Source of the DNA: Alphaproteobacteria bacterium
GTDB lineage: Bacteria > Pseudomonadota > Alphaproteobacteria > MPNO01 > UBA830
Direction: 5' to 3'
DNA length: 64,000 nt
Assembly (NCBI GenBank): GCA_965243135.1
Contig: OZ251539.1
Span: 896,001 to 960,000, forward strand
Of the stretch, positions 40,172 to 50,997 are shown in pieces (position 1 is the stretch's first letter; each line of letters starts with the position of its first letter). Made by a program: the position numbers and the translations under genes. Under the pieces are notes generated by a model that saw nothing but the letters and a program-made list of their open reading frames with translations, was not told the DNA's origin and searched no databases.

Positions 40172-40755
40172 CGGCTCGACCATGCGATGCCCAAGTTTGC
40201 GTACTGCCCTTTGCGCTTCCAGTGGCGCGGCCGGGAGTTCAGCGGCGCATGCCTTTGCGCTCAGGAACGGACGGCAAGCGCGGATTTTCCGCTTTCGCGG
40301 GTTCCGGCCGTACGGTACGGTTTGTTCCGAAGTTACCCTGCATATCGCGGTAATTCGGCGTGGAGGGTCAACCTGGAGGAACGCTTGTCGGCGTAAAGAA
40401 CGAAGATCGAGAGTTCCGCGAGTATATTTTCACCCATCTTCAGCAACTTTGAGACTGTGGGCGAGGCGGCCAAAGCTCTCGAATTCGTAGTTGAAGTTGC
40501 TCGAGGGTATGGATTCTTTTCCGTCCGGATGACCGTTTTCAAAAACAGCGCCGAGGTAAAGCAGGTTTCGATCGACGCGTTTCCGGGCGCCGCCGCCGTG
40601 CGCGAGCGACGCGGCCGGCGCAGGCCGCAACGCCCGGAACGGCGTCCGGAAAACCGCCGGGCGCGGGCGGCCTTCCGCTGGTCCTGTCACGGAAAGCGGC
40701 GGGCGCCGCCGGCCGTTCGGGAATCCGCACGGTGGGACCGGCCCGCCGCCGGTCT

Positions 40756-43700
40756 TCAGAAGTAGTAGGCGAAGCTGACGGCGCCGTCGAACTCGCCGTT
40801 GCCGCTGCCGCGTGCGGCGTATCCGGCGGCGGCCCGCAGCGCGTAGCGGCCGTCCCCCCAGCTATGCTCGCCGCCGATCCCGAGGCGGACCCCGGTCTTC
40901 TGCGCCTCGGTCGTCTTCAGCGCGACGTTCGAGACCTTCGCCGTCCGCTCGTCCGAGAACTCGCGCGTCGCCTCGATCGAGCCGAACAGCCGCGGACCGT
41001 TCTCCGTCCGCGTTTCAACCCGAATGCCGGCTCGGCCCATAAGGCTTTGCGCGTCCTCCACCGACACCTTGGCCCCGCGGTTGCCTATCCTGTCCGTGAA
41101 GCTCAGCGATGCCTCCGACCAAGCCAAGCCGACGGCGGGCGTCACTGTCAGCCTGCTGCCCACGTCCGTCCGCCGCCCGGCCTCCACGCCGAGAGCCAGC
41201 CCAAGACCCTTCGCGCCGTCCTTCAGAAACTTCTCGGAGGTCAGCTTGACGTCGTACCAGGTCGCCATCGCCTGCGCGTCCACATGGATGCCGCCGCCGA
41301 GGAACGCCGTGCCGTGCGCGCCGGCACCGACACCCGACAGCTCGATCTCGCCGCCGGAACCCGCCATCTCCGCAGAACCCTGCAGCCCGCGCACCGACAC
41401 GCCGAACCGCCCGTCGCGGCCCACCACGAAGTCCACCCCCGCCTGCACGCCGTACCGGCGGTAGTCGAAGGCCATGTTCGGCTGCGTCGAACTCTTCGCC
41501 TTCCACTCGCCGCCCGCGCCGTCGATCCGCGCCCAGCCGCCGTTGCCGTTTCGCGCAGCCGCCATGCGCTCCCCGTAGGTCGGCAGTTCGTTCATTGCCA
41601 GCAGCACCGACGGCAGCGCCTCGTAGAGACTGCATCGTTTCAACAGGTCGTTCGACATGTCGCAAGCGAAGGGGAGGCGCGGGCGGTCGCCGCCATTCTC
41701 TTCGGACACGCATTCGTCGTTCTGAAGTTCCTGCCCGGCAGGACAGGGGACCAACTTTTCGTAATCAGGATGCCGTTCGGGTTCCACCACGCCGCTGGTT
41801 TCGTTGAGAGGCGCGGGCAGATAGTAGCCGGTGGGATCGCCGTCCGGGGTCGTCTCAGCGATCCGGACGACAACCACGTTTCGCGTTCCTTGCGCCCTGC
41901 CATCTTCCGTGATGTTGTCGCCGCCAACGGTGCCCAACCTCCTCGCCGCGTGACCGGCGCCCCGCTGCGTGAGGAGCCCTTCGCCATCGGCGAAGTCGGG
42001 ATCCTGAAACACGGTCACCTGGGTCGGCGCGCCGTCGCCCCGGATCGCGAGAGTCGCCCCGTTGGCTTCCACTTGGCCCTTCGGACCGACGGTGACGCTG
42101 CCGCCGCCGGTCAGATGCACCGCCGCATGCGGCCTGTCGTCGCCGGCTTGGGGCACGCTGCCCCTGACGAGCCCGTGGATGAGGATGATCGCCCGGCCGG
42201 GATCGTTGACCAGGATCGCCCGGCCCGAAGTGCCGGCGTGCACCTCGCCCGTCGCGCCGACCGTGACCATGCCGCCGCCCGCAATATGCACGGCCGCGTC
42301 CGTCCCGCCCGTCACGGTGCCGTTCACCTCCACGGTCTGCTTCAGGATGCGGGCGGCGCCCGTTCCCGTGCTGCCGGCGTTGGCGACCCAGATGCCCGCT
42401 TCGCCGCCGGTGACGGTCGCGCCGTCGGCGATGGTGACGGAAATGGCCCCATTCATGTCGTTGGGCGTCGCGTAGTAGGCGCGGATGCCGTCGCCCCGAG
42501 AGGTGATGGATCCCCCGTTCACGGCGACGCGGATGTTGCCGACGTTGTAGCGGTCGAGCAGAGCGTTCACCGCGTTCTTGTAGTCTTGTGAGAAGCCCGC
42601 GTCCGCGTCGTCGAGCGCGGCGGTCAGCCCATCGCTGTTGTCGGTCGCCACCGCCCGCAGCACCGCCTTCTCCTTGTCCGAGAGGCCCTGCGCCAGAATG
42701 TTCTGCAGCAGGGTTCTGATAGCGTCGTCGTCCGTCTGGAGATACGCCACGATCTCGGCGTCCGTCACGTCGGCTAGGCTCGTCGCGCTCGAGTCGATGG
42801 CCTCGAAGACCGCCGCCGCGACCGCGAGGTCCGCGTTTTCGAGCGCCGCCCGGAACTGCTTGACGTAGTCGTTGTCGCTGGCGGTGGCGCCCGTCGGCAC
42901 GGCCGCCAGCTGCGCTGCGTTGTCCGCGATCTCGCCCGGGTCATCGCCCTTCGCCACTTCCTTCGCCACATGGCTCCAGCCCATGACCTGGGCTTCGATT
43001 CCAACCGCCGGTCCCTCACGGACGATCATCTCGGGCGCCACGTATTCCAGGTTCGTTTCAAGCGCGGCGGCCACGCTTCCCGCCCTGAGCTTGGCCGTGT
43101 CGCTCTCGGCGGTTTCCGTTCCGTGCGAGAACGCGCCGCCTGTCCATGCGATGTCGATCAGGGGCTGAGCCGCGCGCGTCTCGCCCTCCGCGCTGATGCG
43201 TCCGACCTGGGCGTAGATGCCCTTGCGTGCCGCAATCGTCCCGCTCTGCTTGATCGCGATCTGGCGGTTGGCCTCCTTGACGGGAACCCAGATGCCGAAC
43301 AGCGCCGCCATGAGGTCGCCGCTGTTGGTGACATCGATGTCGCCGGCGACGACATTCTCGGGGTGCTGGCCTTGGACCAGGATGCCGTGGTCGTGTCTGG
43401 CGTCCGCCGCGCCGATATCGCCGCTGTTGGTCACCGTGACGTCGCCGGAGCCTTTCTCCTCGACGAAGATGCCCATCCAGTTCTCGACCCCCGTCTTCTT
43501 GATGGCGCCGCTGTTGGTGACCGAAATCGCGCCGGAACTCGCGCGGCGACGGACGAAGATGCCGGTCTTCGGGGTGGTGATCGTCCCCGCCTGGTCGATG
43601 GTGACGGCGCCGTCCGCGTTCTCCGAGCCGAGCTCGGCGAAGACGCCGTGCTGTTCCGTGGAGGTCAGCGTGACGCCTGCGGCGACGTCGATCTCGATGT

Positions 43701-45663
43701 TGCCGCTCCCGAGGTTCTTCGCCTCCAAGATCGTGCCGTCCACGTCGAAGGACCCGCCTGTGACGTCAATCTTGGCCAGGCCCCTGTTCACGGCGGCCCA
43801 GATGCCTCTGCCGGCGGTGACGACGTCGCCGCTGTTCGTCACCGTGACGCCGCCGGAGGCGCCTTCCTGTTTCTCGACATAGATGCCGTGTTGATGCTTG
43901 GGGTCCGCCTCGCCGATGTCGCCGCTGTTCGTGACTGTGACGTCCCCGGCGTTTTTGTCTTCGACGAGGATAGCGCGCCAGTTCGTTTCTCCCGTCTTCT
44001 TGATGTGGCCGCTGTTGGTGATCGAGATGGGGGCCCCGTCGCCGGTAGCGGTCGCCTGGCGGCGGACGTAGATGCCGGTCTTCGGGCCGGTGATCGTTCC
44101 CGCGTTGGTGATGGTGACGCCGCCCGCCACGTTCCCCTCCGGCATGTCGGCGAAGATGACGTGCTGGTTCATGGAAGTCAGCGTAACGCCATCGGAAACT
44201 TCGATGACGATGTCGCCGGACTGCAAGTTCGCCGCCTCCAGGGTCGTGTCGCGCGATTCGACCGTCCCGCCCGTGACCTTGATCACGGCGTCGCCCGCGT
44301 TGTTGGCGGCCGTGTCGTCGTCGTCGCCTACCGTGGCCTTGATGCCGCCGCCGGCGGAGACGTCGATGGTGCCGCCCGAATGGGTGACGGAGGCACCGGC
44401 GTCCGAGTCGACGGCGTTCTTGTTCCGCGTCAAGACATCGATGCCGATGGCGGTCGACGTGATGGCGCCGCTGTTCTCGACCGTGACGGCGCCGACGGAA
44501 CCAGTATGCCGCAGATAGATGCCGGACGAGTTGGCGTTCTGGACGGTGAGGCCGCCGCTGTTGGTGACCGTGGCAGCACCGGCGCCTGCGTTCTCAAGAA
44601 AGATCGCGTGCTGTTTCGACTCGATGGCGGCGGTGTTGGTGATCTTGGCGGTGCCCGAGGCGGCGCCGCTGCCCTCGGCGTTGCTGGGTGCCGGACCGCG
44701 ATTTCGATATCGGAGGAGGATGCCGTACCCGTTGGTCACGCCCGAGGCGGTGGCGATGATGGCGCCGCGGTTGTCCACCTCGGCGTTGCCATGACCGCGA
44801 TCGTAGTCCAGCTCGATGGCACCTTGATTCCCCGTTCCGGTGTGCTTCGTGATGGTGCCGCTGTTGGTGATCTTGGCGTTGCCGGTGGTGGTCGATGCGG
44901 TGTTGCCGCCGCCGCCGGTCGTGTCGCCGGCCAGGTAACGCAAATAGATGCCCCGTGTTCCCGCCGTGATGGCGCCAGTGTTGGTGATGGTCGTGGCGGC
45001 ATTGGTGTCGGCGCTGTCTCCCCTCAGGACGTCGATGCCTTCAAACGCCGAATGGATCTCGGCATGGTTGATGAACGTGGCCGCGCCGGAGCCGAGCCAC
45101 ACCCGGGCGCGGATGCCGTTGCGCATCATCCTGGCGCTCGATGTCCCGATGGTGACGCCGCGATGGACGGTCACCGCCGTCGTGGACGCGCCCGTGAACT
45201 GGTTGTTGACGACGATGCCGTTGTTGTTGTCGTTGCCGGAGTTCGCGTTGCCCGTGCGCTGGCGGATGTTCACGTTGTTGGCGTTGCCCGTGCCGCCGAC
45301 CGTGAGCGCGAGGCCGCCCCCCGCGATGTCGCCGTCCCGGCTGTCCAGAGCGATGCCGTTCCCCGGGAATCCGGCACCGTTCCCGGAGGTGACCGTCCAC
45401 GCAGTCGAGCCCCCCGGCACGTTGAGCGTGGCGACGCCGGTCGCGCCGGGATTCACGCCAGTGCCGTGGTAGATGATGCCGCTGCCAAAGGTGCCGGTGC
45501 CGCCGCCATGGGCCGCGGTGCAAGTGCGGACCAGATTCGTGGAGGTAATCGTTCCCCCGCACTCGTCGGCCGCCCGCGCCGCCTCCGGCGCGAGGAGGAG
45601 AAGAAGAAAAGGTATCGCCATGCAGGCAATCGAGCTGCGCAAAAAGCGATGTCTCAAGTCCAT
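40756..45663 (-). CDS. Large autotransporter (type Va) with beta-helical passenger
   Basis: Signal peptide (FLLLLLAPEAARA), many (V/I)TNSG repeats, C-terminal beta-barrel ending YYF; in-frame GTG at 45702 is an alternative start. Confidence 0.85.
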   Translation of the reverse strand: MDLRHRFLRSSIACMAIPFLLLLLAPEAARAADECGGTITSTNLVRTCTAAHGGGTGTFGSGIIYHGTGVNPGATGVATLNVPGGSTAWTVTSGNGAGFPGNGIALDSRDGDIAGGGLALTVGGTGNANNVNIRQRTGNANSGNDNNNGIVVNNQFTGASTTAVTVHRGVTIGTSSARMMRNGIRARVWLGSGAATFINHAEIHSAFEGIDVLRGDSADTNAATTITNTGAITAGTRGIYLRYLAGDTTGGGGNTASTTTGNAKITNSGTITKHTGTGNQGAIELDYDRGHGNAEVDNRGAIIATASGVTNGYGILLRYRNRGPAPSNAEGSGAASGTAKITNTAAIESKQHAIFLENAGAGAATVTNSGGLTVQNANSSGIYLRHTGSVGAVTVENSGAITSTAIGIDVLTRNKNAVDSDAGASVTHSGGTIDVSAGGGIKATVGDDDDTAANNAGDAVIKVTGGTVESRDTTLEAANLQSGDIVIEVSDGVTLTSMNQHVIFADMPEGNVAGGVTITNAGTITGPKTGIYVRRQATATGDGAPISITNSGHIKKTGETNWRAILVEDKNAGDVTVTNSGDIGEADPKHQHGIYVEKQEGASGGVTVTNSGDVVTAGRGIWAAVNRGLAKIDVTGGSFDVDGTILEAKNLGSGNIEIDVAAGVTLTSTEQHGVFAELGSENADGAVTIDQAGTITTPKTGIFVRRRASSGAISVTNSGAIKKTGVENWMGIFVEEKGSGDVTVTNSGDIGAADARHDHGILVQGQHPENVVAGDIDVTNSGDLMAALFGIWVPVKEANRQIAIKQSGTIAARKGIYAQVGRISAEGETRAAQPLIDIAWTGGAFSHGTETAESDTAKLRAGSVAAALETNLEYVAPEMIVREGPAVGIEAQVMGWSHVAKEVAKGDDPGEIADNAAQLAAVPTGATASDNDYVKQFRAALENADLAVAAAVFEAIDSSATSLADVTDAEIVAYLQTDDDAIRTLLQNILAQGLSDKEKAVLRAVATDNSDGLTAALDDADAGFSQDYKNAVNALLDRYNVGNIRVAVNGGSITSRGDGIRAYYATPNDMNGAISVTIADGATVTGGEAGIWVANAGSTGTGAARILKQTVEVNGTVTGGTDAAVHIAGGGMVTVGATGEVHAGTSGRAILVNDPGRAIILIHGLVRGSVPQAGDDRPHAAVHLTGGGSVTVGPKGQVEANGATLAIRGDGAPTQVTVFQDPDFADGEGLLTQRGAGHAARRLGTVGGDNITEDGRAQGTRNVVVVRIAETTPDGDPTGYYLPAPLNETSGVVEPERHPDYEKLVPCPAGQELQNDECVSEENGGDRPRLPFACDMSNDLLKRCSLYEALPSVLLAMNELPTYGERMAAARNGNGGWARIDGAGGEWKAKSSTQPNMAFDYRRYGVQAGVDFVVGRDGRFGVSVRGLQGSAEMAGSGGEIELSGVGAGAHGTAFLGGGIHVDAQAMATWYDVKLTSEKFLKDGAKGLGLALGVEAGRRTDVGSRLTVTPAVGLAWSEASLSFTDRIGNRGAKVSVEDAQSLMGRAGIRVETRTENGPRLFGSIEATREFSDERTAKVSNVALKTTEAQKTGVRLGIGGEHSWGDGRYALRAAAGYAARGSGNGEFDGAVSFAYYF

Positions 45664-45682
45664 CGAAAAACTCCCTGACTTC

Positions 45683-45696
45683 GCCCCCCCCCCCCC
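45683..45696 (-). repeat. G14 homopolymer at autotransporter 5' end
   Basis: 14 consecutive C on + strand. Confidence 0.9.
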
Positions 45697-46039
45697 GTAC
45701 ACGGAGGAAGTAAGGCAATAGGCAATTCAGAAGGCAAAATAATACAACATGTCATGCCCGCGCAAGTAATAATTTTTTCGCGTTTTCGGCGCGCGTCTGC
45801 GGGAACCGATTCGACTTCGGCGCGAACGCCCGATCCTCGGCGACCGGCCGGAACGCCGGCCAAAGCGCTTTGCGCCGACATGCCGCGAAAGCGCCCTTGG
45901 CTGGGTCGGCCGCTCCCCTGTTGTTGCAGGCATAGCGGAGCGGTCCGCGGGGCGCTGATCAGGCTGCTGCCGACAAAAAATAGCGCAGCGCAAACGGCCC
46001 CTTCTAGACGGCTTCGGTGCGGCGGCTTACTCTGCCCGA

Positions 46040-47239
46040 ATGGCGAAACGCATGCTTCCGACCGGCCTGTCCTCCCTTCGGGAGATCCGGAAGATGGACT
46101 GCTACTACGTCGACAAGACGGACCATGTGCGCCGCCTCGTCGAGAGGGGCAAGTACAGTTTCCTGTCGCGTCCGCGCCGGTTCGGCAAGACCCTGCTGGT
46201 GGACACGCTGCAGGAGTTGTTCGAGGGAAGCGAGGAGTTGTTCCGGGGCCTCGCCGTGCACGACGGGTGGGACTGGTCGGCGCGCCGTCGTGCGGCTGGA
46301 TTTCAGCGGCATGGGCCGTTTCGACAGCCCGGACGGGGTTCGGGAAACCGTGGAAGCGCAGCTGGAAGAAGCGGAGATGCAGGCCGGCCTCGAACCGGGC
46401 CCCGCCGGGGCGGCGTCCGTTTCCGGCGCCTGAGCTGCACGAGCGCACAGGGCAGCAGGCAGTCGTTCTGGTGGACGAACAAGCCGGTCGCGCTCGGCGA
46501 CCGGGAACTGGCGCGGGCCGGAGAGGGTCTACAACCCGTTCGACATCCTCCTTCTCTTCGAAACGCGAGAATTCGAGGAGCACTGGTTCCAGACCGGCAC
46601 GCCGACCTTCCTCGCCGACCTTCTGGCGCGGCGCCGGATCTGGAGGGCGCGAACGCCACGCTGCTGTCGGCCGTCGACCGCATTCCCGTCGAGACGCTGC
46701 TGTTCCAGACCGGTTACCTGACCATCGTCGACGAGAAGCGTGACGACGACGCGCTCCTCTACCGGCTACCCGAACCAGGAGGTGAGGCGGAGCCTGAACG
46801 AGCTCCTGTTGCAGACGATGGCGCCGGATGTCGCGGTCGCGGCGGAGAGCCAGGAGTTGCGCCGCCTGGACGAACGACTTCGCGGGCCTCGAACGGCAGT
46901 TCCGGGCGTTGCTGGCGAGCATCCCCAACGAGTGGCGCGCGAACACGGGCCTGGCGGGGGCACTACGCGAGCGTGCTCTACTCGCACCTCGCGGCGGCGG
47001 GGATGGACGTCCGCGCCGAGGAGAGCACGGCGCGCGGCCGCCCGGACCTGACGGTCCTGCACGATGGCGGCGTCTACCTGTTCGAGTTCAAGATCGCGGA
47101 CGGGAAGGGGCGGTCGCTGGCGCAGATCCGGGAACGCGGCTACGCGGACAAGTACCGGCGTCCGGGCGTGCAAGTCCACCTGATCGAGTTCGGCCGGGAA
47201 GAGCGCAACATCGTCGGGTTCGAGTTCGAGACCGTTTGA
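46040..47239 (+). pseudogene. AAA-ATPase-like / PD-(D/E)XK protein, copy 3, deleted and frameshifted
   Basis: Intact N- and C-termini; several frameshifts and a large internal deletion relative to copies 1 and 2. Confidence 0.9.
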
Positions 47240-47911
47240 ACCGCTGTCCGGCACCGGGAGGACGTCCCCGTGCAGGTTCGAGAGCCTCGGAGGTCTCGAT
47301 TTCGGAACTCCCGACGTGGCGCCTGGTTTCGTTGAATTTTTGCGCAGTGCTCACATCTTGCTTTCCTGCGCGACAATGTAGCGCATCGTCTCGGAGCCTC
47401 TTGCGTTGTTCCGACCGTCTCGCTTGCGAATCGCAACGCAGGCTGTCGGCAGCGCGAGGGCATTATCAGGAGGTGACCAGTCGACAAAACGGCATGGCGC
47501 AAACGCCTGAATTTTCGATCGCAAAGCGCTGGTTCAATTCCTGTTTCGGAAATCATGCTGTCAAGTCGGGCGGCATGAAACATGGTTGCAAAGAAATTTT
47601 CGGACCTTCAATGACGGTAACGAATGGACGCATAAAACAACGTCAATGCATGATATAAAGCGATCGCAAATCCAATTTTGAAGCGTGCGGCATGAACGGA
47701 ATCGTCAATGGTTTTGGCGGCCGCCGATTTGGCTCCGCATGAGCGCGGAGCGGGCGGTTGGAGATGGCGCTCCGTCCCTCCTTTCGAGCGGCCGCGCATG
47801 TCGAGCATGCCTGAAATCCTGGTCGAAATTTTCGATTCCGGCGATCGCGGCTTGACGGGACGGCGCGTTTGATGACAAGCTGAACGAACTTGACGGCTCG
47901 GGAGGCGCGAG

Positions 47912-49396
47912 ATGGCCAAGACAGGCGCGGATCATCTGAAATCCTTGCAAGACGGCAGGGAAGTTTATCTCAACGGCCGGATGGTGGCGGACGTCACGAC
48001 GCATCCGGCGTACCGGAACGCCGTGAGGGCCGCCAGCGAGCTGTACGATTTTCAGGCCCATCCCGACCATATCGACTATATGACGTTCGAGAGCCCGACT
48101 TCGGGCGAGCGCGTGAACCGGTGCTGGCAACTGACCAGGAGCTACGAAGAACTGGTCACGCGGCGCAGGGCGATCGCCGCCTGGTCCGGACTGTCGGGCG
48201 GGTGGCTCGGCCGCTCCCCCGACCACATCGCGTCCTCCATGGTCGGCCAGGTCATGGGCATCTCCGTGTTCGAGAAGCATTCGCCGGCGCGCGCCACGGC
48301 GCTTCGAGAGTACTTCGAATGGGCCCGGGACGCGGACGCCTACATGACGTACGTGATCATCAACCCGCAGGCCGAGCGCAACAAGTCCACCGGCGAGCAG
48401 CAGGACGAATATCTCGCGACGGGCGTGGTCGACGAGGACTCCGAGGGCATAACGGTGCGCGGCGCCAAGATGCTTGGCACCGGCTCGATCATGGCGAACG
48501 AAGTCCTGTTCGCCAATATCCAGCCGCTCAAGCCGGGCGAGGAGAAATACGCGATTTCCTTCGCTCTCCCCATGAACGCCAAGGGGTTGAAGATCATGTC
48601 CCGGAGGTCGTACGAGGAGGCCGCCTCCACCCCCTGGGACTACCCCCTGTCGTCGCGCTTCGACGAGAACGACGCGCTGATCTATTGCGACGACGTCAAG
48701 GTGCCGTGGGAGCGCGTGTTCATATACCGGGACGCGGATGCCGCCCGCGCGCAGTTCCAGGACACCTACGCTCACTACATGCAGAATTATCAGGCGCAGA
48801 TCCGCCTGATGGTGAAGATGCAGTTCCTGGTCGGCGTGGCGCGCCGCATCTGCGAGACGATCGGGACGGTCGGCATGCCGCCGGTCGCCGAGAAGCTCGG
48901 CCATATGGCGGCCCAGACGGCGATGGTGGAGGGCCTGGTCTACGGAATGGAATCCGGCGGCGGCGAATACAACGGCTACTACGTGCCGGATCGCAACCTG
49001 ATGTATACCGCCCAGGTGCTCACGCAACAGCTCTACCCGGAATTCATCACCGCCATGCGCGAACTCGCCGGCGGCGGGCTGATCATGCTTCCCTCCTCGG
49101 CGGAGGATTTCCGCGATCCGGAACTGGCGCGGCTTATCGACGCGACGCAGAAATCTCCCGTCGGTTCTCCCGAAGGGAAAGTGAAGTTCATGAAACTGGC
49201 GTGGGACGCGATCGGTTCCGAATTCGCCGGCCGTCACACCCAGTACGAAATGTTCTACGCCGGCGCTCAGTTCGTGACCCGGGCGCACGCGTTTCGGACC
49301 TACGACTGGGACAGGGCGGCGTCGCTGGTCGATTCCGTTCTCGAGCGCTACAGCCTCGACGACGTCATCGGCGACCGCAGGATCGCGGCCGAATAG
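47912..49396 (+). CDS. 4-hydroxyphenylacetate 3-hydroxylase family oxygenase
   Basis: LQDGREVY, GRSPD, VRGAKMLGT, SSRFDENDA, GSEFAGRH.QYE.FYAG. Confidence 0.9.
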   Translation: MAKTGADHLKSLQDGREVYLNGRMVADVTTHPAYRNAVRAASELYDFQAHPDHIDYMTFESPTSGERVNRCWQLTRSYEELVTRRRAIAAWSGLSGGWLGRSPDHIASSMVGQVMGISVFEKHSPARATALREYFEWARDADAYMTYVIINPQAERNKSTGEQQDEYLATGVVDEDSEGITVRGAKMLGTGSIMANEVLFANIQPLKPGEEKYAISFALPMNAKGLKIMSRRSYEEAASTPWDYPLSSRFDENDALIYCDDVKVPWERVFIYRDADAARAQFQDTYAHYMQNYQAQIRLMVKMQFLVGVARRICETIGTVGMPPVAEKLGHMAAQTAMVEGLVYGMESGGGEYNGYYVPDRNLMYTAQVLTQQLYPEFITAMRELAGGGLIMLPSSAEDFRDPELARLIDATQKSPVGSPEGKVKFMKLAWDAIGSEFAGRHTQYEMFYAGAQFVTRAHAFRTYDWDRAASLVDSVLERYSLDDVIGDRRIAAE

Positions 49397-49406
49397 CGCC
49401 GGCCGC

Positions 49407-50924
49407 TCAGCTTTCGTAGAGCCGTCTGAGATCGTCGCGCAGCACCTTGCCGCGATCCGACTTCGGCAGTTCGTCGATGAAGAGAAACCGCTTCGGAACC
49501 TTGAATTCCGGCAGGGTTCGGCCGCACCACGCCTGCAATTCCCGTTCGGGCAGGGCTTCGCCGGGCGCGACGGACACGTAGGCCACGATTTCCTCGCCGT
49601 AGATCGGGTCCGGCACGCCGACCGCGGCGGCCTCGCGCACTTTCGGGTGCCCCAGCAGCACGTTGTCGATTTCGAGCGGAGCTACGTTGACGCCGCCGCG
49701 AATGATGAGATCCTTGGTTCTACCCGTGACCGTGACGAAGCCGTCGTCGTCCATGACGCCGAGGTCGCCGGTCCGGATGCGGGCGTCGGACAGATCCTCG
49801 TAGTCGCCCTCCGGCGAGAGCCTGCCGAGGCAGGTCTGGGGGCCGCCCACCGTTATTTCGCCTTCCGTTCCGGCCGGGCAGGGCGCGCCGCCGCCGTCGA
49901 CGATCAGGAACTCCTGGTGCCTGGCTGGCGGTCCGACCGTTCCCATGCGCCGGCGGTAATGCCGATTGCCGCAGATCCAGCCCGCTTCGGACATGCCGTA
50001 GAGTTGCAGCAGCTTGACCCCGTAAATGCTCTCGAATTTGCGCCATTGGTCGGGGGAGAGCGGCGCCGTCGAACAGGTCATGAGCCGCAGCGTCGGCAGA
50101 TCGCGCTCCTCCTCGGGCGGCGGGTCGTTCAGCAGCATGTTGACGACCGTGGGAACGCCCGCGGAAAACGTTATGCCCCGGTCCCGGATCCATCCGAAGA
50201 AGCGGGACCGCGAGAAACGTCTGGCGATATGCATCGTGAGCCCGACCTGGAGCCACGGCATCAGGCTGAGAATCTGGGCGGAATTCCATCCGAACGACCG
50301 GTATTCAAGCGTCCTGTCGTCCTCGGCGAGGCCCAGCATGTCGAGCGTGGAGAGGCCGCTCAGCCAGTAGGACAAATGGTTGTACATGACGCTCTTGGGC
50401 TTCGAGGTCGTCCCCGAGGTGCAGAAGATGCAGGCCAGATCTTCGGGGCCGTTCTCGCCGGCGATTTCGCCGCCGCGCGAGGCGGGAAAGAACTTGTCGT
50501 CAAGCCGCGAGAACCGCGTCGCGGGCGCGTCCAGGCCGCGGGTCAGCCTTTCTCCGTCCAGTTCTTCGTGCCACAGCACGAGCGACGGCGCGATGGACCG
50601 AAGGATTTCCGCCAGATGCGTTTCGTTCATTTCCACGTTGAGCGGGCAGACGGCGGCGCCGTAGCGCCAGATTCCGATCCAGAGGATCAGCTTCTCGATC
50701 GTCTCGTCCGAGAGGAGAGCGACCTTGTCGCCGGGCTTCACGCCGCGGTCCGCGAGGAAGCGGGCGATCCTGTCCGCCTCGGCGGCGAGATCCCCCCACG
50801 AAATCGACCGGCCTTCCTGGTCCAGATCGACGATCGCCGGCTTGTCGGCGTCGCGGCGCCGCCACTCGTCGAGCAGCGCGCGGACGGACCTGAACGGCAA
50901 GCTCATTTCGGGCTGACTGGGCAT
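49407..50924 (-). CDS. AMP-dependent acyl-CoA synthetase
   Basis: CTSGTTSKPK, YGMSE, RTGDLG, RGGVNVAPLEID. Confidence 0.88.
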   Translation of the reverse strand: MPSQPEMSLPFRSVRALLDEWRRRDADKPAIVDLDQEGRSISWGDLAAEADRIARFLADRGVKPGDKVALLSDETIEKLILWIGIWRYGAAVCPLNVEMNETHLAEILRSIAPSLVLWHEELDGERLTRGLDAPATRFSRLDDKFFPASRGGEIAGENGPEDLACIFCTSGTTSKPKSVMYNHLSYWLSGLSTLDMLGLAEDDRTLEYRSFGWNSAQILSLMPWLQVGLTMHIARRFSRSRFFGWIRDRGITFSAGVPTVVNMLLNDPPPEEERDLPTLRLMTCSTAPLSPDQWRKFESIYGVKLLQLYGMSEAGWICGNRHYRRRMGTVGPPARHQEFLIVDGGGAPCPAGTEGEITVGGPQTCLGRLSPEGDYEDLSDARIRTGDLGVMDDDGFVTVTGRTKDLIIRGGVNVAPLEIDNVLLGHPKVREAAAVGVPDPIYGEEIVAYVSVAPGEALPERELQAWCGRTLPEFKVPKRFLFIDELPKSDRGKVLRDDLRRLYES

Positions 50925-50997
50925 GTCCGGCTTTTCCTTTTCGGCGATTGCCGCCGCGCCGTCCGACCGGGCGGTCCGGCCGCTTCGGGGGCGCGCT

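Noticed and set aside
40180-40740. Lower-GC intergenic stretch as a gene or ncRNA
   Set aside because: No recognisable motif or convincing ORF; left unassigned
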